DNA from: Octopus sinensis
Lineage: Eukaryota
Assembly: GCF_006345805.1 (NCBI RefSeq)
Contig: NC_043019.1
Coordinates: 12,337,360 to 12,401,359 of the forward strand
Direction: 5' to 3'
DNA length: 64,000 nucleotides
Shown here: piece by piece, positions 54,486 to 64,000 of the stretch
How the letters are laid out: each line of letters starts with the position of its first letter
Position numbering within the stretch: the stretch's first letter is position 1
Notes under the pieces: generated by a model
Seen by the model: the letters and a program-made list of their open reading frames with translations, nothing else
Told to the model about the DNA's origin: nothing
Databases searched by the model: none
Program-made: the position numbers and the translations under genes

Positions 54486-54710
54486 AAAGGAATAGTTCAA
54501 TATGAAGAAAAGAAATTATGGGTGCATAAGCAATGCAGTTGGGACCAAATTTAAGCAGAAATAAAAAAACTTGGTTGATAGCAGATGTACCTGAGAAGGT
54601 AGCAATAAATGTAACCATGCAGGGAATTCTTTCAGCCATCCACAAATGTCACTAAAAGTACTTGACAGCTTATGTTACCTAGGTAATATCATCATCATCA
54701 TTGTCACCAT

Positions 54711-55303
54711 CATGGGATGAGCTGGTTAAGCATGACCTTTGAACGTTGGGCCTCACAGAGGCAATGACAAAAGACCGAGATCTCTGGAGATATGCTGTGA
54801 CTGCAAAGACCCGACAAATAATGTGATTTCATGGCTGTTTCCTGCACCAGTTTCACGTAGCAGCCCCAGCCCATCCAAAGTACCTTGGATCACAGAACAG
54901 CCTACTGTGCTTACCTTGGATCGTAGGGCGACCTGCTGTGCTTGAGGAGACCTATTGAGTCAAGTACATCAACATCAAAATAAAAATCAAATGGAAATTG
55001 TAGTTGTGATACCATCCAAACGTGGCTGATGCCAGCACTGCCTTGACTGGCTTCCATACTGGTTGCACGTAAAAAGCACCAACCGATCGTGGCTGCTGCC
55101 AGCCTCTCCTGGCACCTGTGCTGGTCGCACATAAAAAGCACCCACTACACTCACGGAGTGGTTGGCGTTAGGAAGGGCATCCAGCTGTAGAAACACTGCC
55201 AGATCAGACTGGAGCTTGGTACAGCCTCCTGGGTTCCCAGACCCCGGTCGAACTGTCCAACCCATGCTAGCATGGAAAACAGATATTAAACGATGATGAT
55301 GAT
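54711..55303 (+). mobile_element. Second RTE-clade LINE 3' end (ORF tail plus 3' UTR = repeat family C)
   Basis: 54713-54826 reads WDELVKHDL*TLGLTEAMTKDRDLWRYAVTAKTRQIM*; continues into family C sequence and (GAT)n tail. Confidence 0.8.
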
Positions 55304-55670
55304 CATCATCATCATTTAATGTCCATTTTCCATACATGCAATCGGTTAGGTGATTTGCCATGAGCCGACAAACCAGAGGATTGTGTTGAGCTCCAGTGAC
55401 ATTCTTTATGGTTTCTCTGGATTGATGCCCTCCCTAACACCAACCACTTCACAGAAGGTACTGGGGGCTTTTTACATGATACTGGCACTTCTAAGGTCAT
55501 CAAGCAACTCCCAACACAAGAACTCTCCACTGTGCTCTGTCAAATGTTACTCTTATTTATTCACTTTGTTTAGAATTAATCATGCATTACCTTGCAGCTT
55601 TGAGATTTCATTGATGTGATTGTAGGGTAGGTGTGAGAGGCAGAATCTGGCTGGTTTAGACTTTTGAAAC

Positions 55671-55892
55671 AGGGCTGCACCAGGCTCCAGTCTGACCTGG
55701 CAGTGTTTCTACAGCTGGATGCCCTTCCTAATGCCAACTACACTCACGGAGAGGTTGGCGTTAGGAAGGGCATCCAGCTGTAGAAACACTGCCAGATCAG
55801 ACTGGAGCCTGGTGCACCCTCCTGCCTTCCCAGACCCTGGTCAAACTGTCCAACCCATGCTAGCACGGAAAATGTACCTCAAATGATGATGA
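55671..55892 (+). mobile_element. Family C copy with 5' inverted duplication
   Basis: Arms 55671-55738 and 55754-55820 are reverse complements; ends in (GAT)n. Confidence 0.82.
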
Positions 55893-57072
55893 TAATGTTT
55901 TGGCTGGATATGGCTGGTTTAAATGCTAGAAGGTTGAAGCATGATAAAGGAGCAAGAACATTTAGTAGAATAGAAACCCGATTACCCCCAAGAAATGGGG
56001 TGAGTGCTGTGGAACCTTGTCACCAGAATAATAATGGGGTGGAAAACATTCAGGGATTTCGTGCCTCTGTTGCAGCAAAGGTTATTATTCTCTTTTCAAA
56101 TGAAGGGAAAAGTGTCTATTTTATGTATTAGCAGGTTGACTTAGCCTTGCATTACTTGAAGTTTCATGGATGTTTTCTTTGGTGCAGGCGTGGCCGTGTG
56201 GTAAGAAATTTGCTTCCCAACCACGTCGTTCCTGGTTCAGCCTCACTGCTTGGCACCTTGGGCAAGTGTCTTCTGCTATAGCCTTGGGCTGACCAGAGTC
56301 TTGTGAATGCATTTAGTTTTTTGGAAACTGAAAGAAGCCAGTTGTATGTGTTGGTGTGCGTTTGTTCTACCACCACCATCACTTGATAACCAGAGTTGGT
56401 GTGTTTACATTCCTGTAATTTAGTGGTTCAGCAAAAGAGAATGAGTACCAGGCTTGTAAAAAACAAAAAGCAAAAAAGTAACGGGGTCAATTCATTCCAC
56501 TAAAAATTCTTCAAAATTGTGCTCCAGCATGGCTGTAGCCAAATGTCTGATGTACTTGGTAGAACAAAAGAATAGAAGATGTAAACATAAGGCTAAGTTA
56601 ATTTGTTGGAGATGTTTAGCTTCCACTCCATGGGTCAGGTGTTTTTCATTTGATTACATACCTACGTGTGTGTGTCTGTGTGTCTATATACATATATACT
56701 CACATACACACTCACATTTATATACCTCCTTAATTTAACTTTAAAACCTCTTCTTTAAAATACATATCTGTAAACATGGAAACACTTACCACCCTCAAGT
56801 GCTTTAAATTTTGCTATGCATCTAAAGAGCTTTTAATAACCTTAGGCATATTTAGCATATTTTATTCACACAAGTATTTTTTTCTTTCTTTTTTTTGTCT
56901 GTTTACCTTTTCCTTTTAGATTTCACGCTGTTCCACTTTCTGTTACTACTTCACCATTCTGATACCTGTTTACCTGTCATATTTCATTCCTGTGTAATTT
57001 ACCTGTCGTTTTTTTGTTTTTTTTTTATATTTCAATACAACTCACCTGTTATATTTTCTTCAATCATTTCAG

Positions 57073-57138
57073 GGCCACCAGGTGTACCTCATAGATTAGT
57101 AAAGAGTTATTTTCTGCGACCTATTTTGTGCATTTACT
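57073..57138 (+). CDS. Internal coding exon (66 nt, phase 1-1), start of a C1 zinc-finger domain: xPPGVPHRLVKSYFLRPILCIY
   Basis: Pyrimidine-rich acceptor atcatttcag, donor gtaagt; H-x12-C-x2-(C) spacing; joins in frame to 58325-58372. Confidence 0.88.
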
Positions 57139-57423
57139 GTAAGTATTGTTTTTTCATTTTTATTATTATTATTATTACAAAACTGGCAAGCAGGTAGAAT
57201 CATTAGCACACTGGGCGAAATGCTTAGTGGCATTTCATCTGTCCTTACATTCTGAGTTCAAATTCTGCTAAGGTTGACTTTGCCTTTCCTCCTCTCAGGG
57301 TTGATAAATTAAGTACCAGTGAAACATTGGGGTTGAGGTAATCTTCTAGTCCCCTCCCCCCAAATTTCAGGCCTTGTCCCTTTAGTAAAAAGGATTATTA
57401 CTATTATTATTATTATTATTATT

Positions 57424-57977
57424 GAGTGAGAGAGGAGTGCATGCCATCAGAGTGACACTGGGGTAAAATATACGAAGACCAGTATATCCATCATGACTAC
57501 CCATCTGATAAGGGTACACCAAGCACATGCATCACAACCCTATGTGCGCGTCATGGTGATCTCATATCAAGATAAACAGCACATGACCTTACAGGTGGGG
57601 CCCAGTTAGAATTTTCTTCTGGTCGAGTAACCCATCCCACTCACTAGGTCCTTGAATAAGGGTTGTTTAAGGATGTTGAATGAACCACCCATGTTTCCAA
57701 AGGTGAATTATCCAAACCTCGAAGAATCCCTCTCAACACATGGCTATGATGCTCCCCCACTACTTCTGCTTGTGATCAGAGATGCACATATCTTCAGCCA
57801 CTAAGGGACACAGTCAACTGGTTAAGATCAAACAACTGACAAGCAAATCTGTGGTATTGAGCAGAATATTTGCTGTAGCCCGTCTTCTATACCAAGACAA
57901 AACAATTTACATGATAACATTTGCAATCAGTTAAGATCAGAAGCCACGAGAGCCACTGCCTGGTACTGCATCAGGGC

Positions 57978-57979
<2 letters not shown>
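57424..57979. mobile_element. ~555-bp element inserted in a (TAA)n microsatellite
   Basis: Complex GC-balanced sequence bounded on both sides by (TTA)n; no ORF or TIR recognised. Confidence 0.55.
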
Positions 57980-58011
<32 letters not shown>

Positions 58012-58324
58012 GTTATTTCTACTAGAGGCTCAATTTCAGGCCTTATGCCTATAATAGAAAGAATTATTATTATTATTATTATTATTAGCAGCAGCAACAG
58101 CAGTAACAGAATAATAAGTGTAGCAGATAAAATGCTTTGTGGCATTTGTTCTGGTTCCTGAATTCAAATGCTGCAGAGGTCAACTCTACTTTTCATTCCC
58201 CTACCCCTCAATGAACTAAACACCAGACCAGTAGTTCTGGGTTCAAAAGTTTAATTGTTTATATATATATATATCCAAATTGCTGTTGCACACCTTTCCA
58301 TCCATATTTCTTTTCTAATTACAG

Positions 58325-58372
58325 GTAATGATTACATCTGGGGTTGTGGTTTAGTCGGCATGAAGTGTGAAG
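58325..58372 (+). CDS. Internal coding exon (48 nt, phase 1-1), middle of the C1 domain: CNDYIWGCGLVGMKCE
   Basis: Acceptor ttttctaattacag, donor aag/gtaagc; split codon t+gt gives Cys, completing H-x12-C-x2-C-x13-C with the IWG...G-x-K-C signature. Confidence 0.88.
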
Positions 58373-58591
58373 GTAAGCATTTCAAATTGGCATTTTTCCC
58401 TTGCGCCACTCCCACCACTGCCCTCCATTTACTGTGCAGTATGTGCACCATATATTGCATACTCACACAAACATATGTACACAACATGTGCTGCACACCA
58501 TCTCATGTATACTTCCATGTGCACACAGTTTTTATGCAACTACAAGCTTACATACACACACACCTATACACATATGTGCAGACTGGCTCTC

Positions 58592-58982
58592 GTTGGTGGC
58601 AAGTTGGCAGAATCGTTAGCACGCCAGGCGAAATGTTTAGCGGTATTTCGTCTGCCGTTACACTCTGAGTTCAAATTCCACCGAGGTCGACTTTGCCTTT
58701 TATCCTTTCGGGGTTGATTAAACAAGTACCAGTTATCACTGGGGTCCATATAATCGACTTAATGCGTTTGTCTGTCCTTGTTTGTCCCCTCTGTGGGTAG
58801 TAAAGAAATAGGTATTTCGTCTGCCATTACGTTGTGAGTTCAAATTCCGCTGAGGTCAACTTTGCCTTTCATTCTTTCGGGGTCGATAAATTAAGTACCA
58901 GTTACGCACTGGAGTCGATATAATCGACTTAATCCATTTGTCCCCTCTGTGTTTAGCCCCTTGTGGGTAGTAAAGAAATAGG
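58592..58982 (+). mobile_element. SINE-B dimer
   Basis: Second unit restarts at internal ggtatttcgtctgcc directly after the first tail. Confidence 0.88.
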
Positions 58983-59192
58983 TTATGATGACGAAGGTTG
59001 CAGTTGATCTGATCACTGGAGCAGCTTGCTCATGAATTAATGTGCAAGGGATTGACTCTGTGGGTGGTATGGCATCCAGCCATAAAAACCCTGCTTAAAC
59101 TGACATGGAAGTCTAGTGCAGTCTTCAGTCTTCTGCCTGGCCAGCTGCTGTCAAACCATCCAACCTATGCCAGCATGGGAGGCAAACTTTAA

Positions 59193-59413
59193 CCCTTTAG
59201 TATTCAGATTAAACAGTCAAATCTAATGCTTATTTGTTCACATTGATTTGAATTAATCATGCATTGTGTTGTAGCTTTCATATTTCAATGATGAGATTGT
59301 TTATTTTTAGAATGACTTTCTTAGGTAGGTGTGAGAGGCCAGGTCTGGCCAGTTTAAACATAAAACAGGTAGAAAATTTGGGGCTGGATATGGTCAGTTT
59401 GAATGCTAAAGGG
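59193..59413 (+). mobile_element. piggyBac-type MITE family 2 (221 bp)
   Basis: TTAA TSD, ccctttagtattca / tgaatgctaaaggg TIRs; colinear with 7507-7727. Confidence 0.85.
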
Positions 59414-61076
59414 TTAAGCAATGGTGATGATGATGATGGGATGAGCACTTCACAGATGTGCATCCCCGTAACAAATTCCTCAGGGAGATTCAGGGTAATG
59501 CAGAATATGACAAGGTTGGCCCTTTGGAATATAGGTACTACTCACTTTTGCCAGCTGAGTGGACTGGAGCAACGTGAAATAAAGTGTCTTGCCCAAGGAC
59601 AGATTGTGCTGCCAGGAATTGAACTCACGACCTTGTTATCAGGAACCAAATACTGCAACCACTCAGCCAAAACACACACATGTTCTGCTGAGGTTGACTT
59701 TGCCTTTCATTCTTTCGGGGTCGATAAATTTAAATACCAGTCACTACACTCACGGAGTGGTTGGCGTTAGGAAGGGCATCCAGCTGTAGAAACACTGCCA
59801 GATTAGACTGGAGCCTGGTGCAGCCTTCTGGCTTCCCAGAACCCCGGTCGAACCGTCCAACCCATGCTAGCATGGAAAGCAGACGTTAAACGATGATGAT
59901 GATGATGATGTACTGGGGTTCAATCTAATCGACTGGCCCTCTCCCCAAAAATTTCTGGCCTTGTGTCTAGAGTAAAAAAGGGCTCATAAACAAACACCAT
60001 CAACACATGCTTTCTCTGCCACATAAACATATTGTTTCCTCCTCTCTTCCCCTCTCTCTTTTTCTTGCCTTTTCATCCTTTCTCTCCCTCCTCCCCTTCT
60101 CTCTCCTCTTTTTTCTTTCACTTGCTCTTTCACTCTCTCTTTCCTTCCTTCTTTCTCCTCACTCCCTCTCTCCTTTTCTTTCATTTGCTCTTTTACTCTT
60201 TCTCACTCTCTCCATTACCTCTCTTCCTCTCTTTCTTTTCATTTGCTCTTTCACTCTCTCTTCTGTCTCGTTTTTCCTAATTCCCCTCTCTCTCTCTTCC
60301 TCCTTTCTCTTCACTTCTTTTTCTTTCATTTGTTCTTTCATCCTTTCTCTCACTTGTCCCTCTTACCCTCTCTCTTCTGTCTCTCTATCTCTCTCTCTCC
60401 CTCACATTTACACCATATACATGACCATATACAAACATGCACACACACACACATGCTCACACACAAACACACACAGTCTCAAATACACAAAGACACACAC
60501 ACAAACACTCACACCACATGCACGAGGACACACACACACACACCACACACACAGCTGGCCATACACAAACTCGCTTTCAGTTTCACAATGCACATGAACA
60601 TTAGCTCTCCACCCCTATCTCTCTCACCTTCACTCTTCTTCCTGCTCCCTCCCTCCTCTCCCACAGCACATATCCCAGTTGTACAACAAAGCACATGGAT
60701 GCAGACACGCACCATGCATGCACCTATGCGCATGCAGCATTTGAATGCTTGTGCTTGTGCGTGTGCGAGCGCTTTGTCCCTATTGATCTTTTCCGTAATG
60801 ATCGACATTGATTTGACACAGAGACCCAGTTATTCGCTTTTTTTTATTTATTTATTTGTGTTAGATGGTTGGGCCGGAGGCGTGGAAGTCTGTGTATGTG
60901 GTGGTGGAGGAGGCAGTACATCAGGTGTTTGATGGCAGCGGTGGTGGTGGTGGTGGTGGTCGAGGTGGGGAAGAAAGAGGGGGGAACACAGCTGTGAGGT
61001 TGACTAACGAAGAAGGTGGAGAGGAATGAAAATGGAGAGCAATGGTCATTTGGTTTCTTTCTGGCACAGCTGTTGT

Positions 61077-61380
61077 GGAGGCACGTGGCCTAGTGGTTAG
61101 AGCAGTGGACTCGCGATCTAGAGATCGCAGGTTCGAATCTCAGACTGGGTGATCTGTGTGTTTATGAGCGAAAACACCTAAGCTCCATGTGGCTCCGGCA
61201 GAAGGTAATGACGAACTTCTGCTGACTCTTTCGTCACAGCTTTCTCTCACTCTTTCCTCCTGCATCTTGCAGCTCACCTGCGACGGACTGGCGTCCCGTC
61301 CAGGTGGGGAACCTATACGCCAAGGAAACCGGGAAACCGGCCCTATGAGCCACGGAAAGGCTTGAGAAGGAACATAAATA
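61077..61380 (+). mobile_element. tRNA-derived SINE with V-domain-like core
   Basis: A box tggcctagtgg, B box ggttcgaatc, core ctgcgacggactggcgtcccgtccagg resembles the V-SINE domain; gcacagct on both flanks. Confidence 0.78.
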
Positions 61381-61699
61381 GCACAGCTATGTGTATGGAG
61401 AGAGGGAGAGACAGAAGTGAGGGGTTAGAATTTAGAATGCTTTCCATTTGTTGTTGTTCTTTGACCTTAGTTCAGTCCCTATTCCATCAAGGCCCTTGAT
61501 CAAAAGTTTTCCATCCTGTTTTTTTTTTTTTGTGGGTTCATGCATGTGTTGTCTTTGTGTTTTAGCTTTGGCTATCCTCTCTGTGTGTGTCTGTGTCTTT
61601 GTTTATCCCCCATCACTGCTTGACAAGTGGTGTTGATATATTTATGTCCCTGTAACTTAGCGGTTCAGCAAAAGATTCCAATTGAATAAGTACCAACAA

Positions 61700-62594
61700 A
61701 ATTCCACATCAATTTATGTTCCAAACACCAGATGAATAATGCCAGAAATTATTTTACCAAATTCTTCATTATTTTCAAAATTAATTAAAACAAAGGGCAG
61801 TATATTTCAACAGAAATACAGTAACAAAAAGGCTAAACTGATTTAAATTAAAACCTTCTGTTTAAATTTCATCTTGATTTACATCCCAAATACTAGATTA
61901 ATAATGAGTTATTTTATTAAATACTTCATAATTTAAAAATATATATATTGAAAAATAAACTGTACTTATGTAGAAATATCGGAAACAAAAGGGTCAATTA
62001 AAGTGTGACTATCAGTCTGTATGTTCTGTTTGTCACTTGAAACTGGCCCCTAGTTCTCCTAGTTCTATGATAAAAATTCCGTTTTGAAGTGAGCTAAATT
62101 CAAACTTCCATCAAAATTTCTTGTTGATTTATATTCTAAACACTAGATAAATAACAAGTTATTTTACTAAATTCTTCATTATTTTGAAAATTAATTTAAA
62201 CAAGGGCAGTATATTTCGATAGGAATATGGTAACAAAAGGGTTTAGTTGATCTCAGCTGAAACTCTCCATCAAAATTTCATGTTGATTTATATTTTAAAC
62301 AACAGATAAATAATGACAGTTATTTTACTAAATATCTTTGTTATTTTAAAAATTAATTTAAACGGGTAGTGTATTATTTCGATAGAAATATGGTAACAGA
62401 AGGGTTGGGTTAATCTCAGCTAAAACCTTGCATGAGAATTTCATGTTTGTTTTTGTTTCTTTTTATATAAATGTTCCAAATAGCACCTGGTTTGTAACGA
62501 CAAAGTTGTTTAAATAGATACTTCAATATTTTCGAAATTTATTGAAGAAAAGTTAAGAGTTTTTTCAACAGAAATATGGTGACAAAAGGGTTAA
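61700..62594. repeat. Tandem array of ~5 diverged family-1-related MITE ends
   Basis: Recurring ttattttactaaattcttcattatttt...gaaatatggtaacaaaagggtt units ending near 61835, 61997, 62243, 62406, 62594. Confidence 0.7.
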
Positions 62595-63360
62595 TGACCA
62601 ACAGGTTATGAAGCCAGATGTTGGCAGCCGTGGAGGAGGTGGTGGTGCCGTTAGTGTAGATCTTAAGATGTGAGGCACAGTGTTCAAATGCGTGGTAGCA
62701 TTGACTGAAAGGACATTCACCTGAGGAGATTGAAGTTAAATGGTATTTGTATTAGTGGTAGAAGTAGAAATAGTTGTGGTGATGGTAGCAGTGAAGGTAA
62801 CAGTTGCAAATCTCATTTAGTATTACTATTTAGTGTAAACTAACTCGAGGCTACTAAACTAACTAATGTGAAATGGTGGTGGTGGCGGTGGTGGCGGTGG
62901 TGATGCTTGGTTTGTTTAAACACATGGTGAATATAATTTGCTTTATAGTTATCAACCTTTTCAGAAAGTATAGACAAAGCATATTGGTGGTGGTAGTAGC
63001 AGTGATGATGATAGCATGTGATGCAATGTTTATATTTATATATACACACATCATCATCATCATCATCATCATTCAACGTTCACTTTCCTTGCTGGCATGG
63101 GATGGACGGTTTGACTGCAGCTTGCAAGCCAGAGAGCTCCACCAGATTCCAGTCAGATTTGGCTTGGTTTCTGCAGCTGGATGCCCTTCCTAATACCAAC
63201 TACTTTACAGTGTGTGCTGGGTGCTTCTAATGTGCCACTAGCCTGAGCTCTTTTTCTGTGGCACTGGCACACAAGTGCTTTCTATGTGACACCGGCACAG
63301 GACTCTTGCAAGCCGATCCTCTTCACCAGAGGAGATATATATATATATATATATATATAT

Positions 63361-63525
63361 AGGGGATGTACTTACATAGCAAGTGACCTGATCTGAGTTC
63401 GTGTGCTGGAATGAAGACAATTGCAGCGTAGAAGGTGTTTATAAGCCATTTAAGAAACACAAAAACCGTTAGATTCACTTGTCAAAATATTTTCGTCGCT
63501 TTGAGACTGCGACCTGTTCACTGAC
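63361..63525 (-). mobile_element. (TA)n-adjacent Penelope-like element
   Basis: Abuts (TA)n at 63360; contains the hammerhead-like fold; single copy in window. Confidence 0.45.
63481..63525 (-). ncRNA. Type I minimal hammerhead-like fold with G3-C8 swapped core
   Basis: Minus strand gtca-GTGAACA-g-gtcgc agtctcaaa gcgac-GAAA-atat-TT-tgac. Confidence 0.6.
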
Positions 63526-63708
63526 TCACACATACATATATGTGGATATGTATATATGTACAGGCATGGTTGCATATATATATGTGTGCATCTATTGGCA
63601 TATGTGTGGGTGTGCATGTGTGTGTTCCATGCGAGTGTGAGTGAGCATATGCATATAGGCACATATGCGTGGGTGTGTGTGAATGCATGTGTACATATGT
63701 ACATACGC

Positions 63709-63966
63709 AATTGTTATGAGCATTTTTACTTCCTCCCCTTCGTTTTTTTCCCCCTTATTTAACGGTCATTCTAATTGCTCTTTTGTCTTAATAACGGTCA
63801 ATTACATCGTAATTTCCCTTAGTTTAACGGTCATTTTCATAGCATAATTTGATTCCCTCGATAACTGAAGAGGTGCTGGTGCAGCTTTCTGTCCTGACAT
63901 CCGAAACTCTGAGTTTTATTATGGTTATTATGGCAACCGAATAACTTTCACATATTATATTACAGA
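63709..63966 (+). mobile_element. (TA)n-adjacent Penelope-like element
   Basis: Three taacggtca repeats, then a canonical hammerhead, then TA tract. Confidence 0.5.
63860..63920 (+). ncRNA. Type I hammerhead ribozyme fold, canonical core
   Basis: gataa-CTGAAGA-long imperfect stem II-GAAA-ctc t gag-TT-ttatt; stems I and III pair, stem III palindromic. Confidence 0.7.
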
Positions 63967-64000
63967 TATATATATAATATATATATACATACATACATAC

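Noticed and set aside
57955-57972. cctggtactgca similarity to U2 3' stem-loop
   Set aside because: Too short and not extendable
61077-61150. Possible tRNA gene
   Set aside because: A/B boxes run into SINE body with tail and TSD; no proper acceptor stem

Overview
AT-rich, microsatellite-saturated eukaryotic DNA. The repeat repertoire (several tRNA-derived SINEs, RTE/CR1/Tx1-like LINE remnants, TTAA-flanked MITEs, long TA/CA tracts) looks like an octopus/coleoid cephalopod genome (inference). Almost all ORFs in the track are microsatellite or SINE artefacts. The window appears to be mostly intron of a + strand gene: two tiny exons (57073-57138, 58325-58372) splice in frame into the first 31 residues of a C1 (DAG/phorbol-type zinc finger) domain, and two weaker exon candidates lie upstream. 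Most interesting signals: (1) several short, sequence-distinct elements embedded in TA-rich microsatellites that carry type-I hammerhead ribozyme folds with different cores (canonical C3-G8, swapped G3-C8, U3-A8, and an A6U form seen twice), suggesting Penelope-like/retrozyme families; (2) a TSD-flanked head-to-head chimera of a SINE and the 5' end of U2 snRNA inside a multi-layer transposon nest; (3) an RTE LINE 3' UTR with tandem pseudoknot-like units that explains an abundant SINE-like repeat; (4) many long foldback elements that would form intronic dsRNA. Coordinates were counted by hand; repeat boundaries are approximate.
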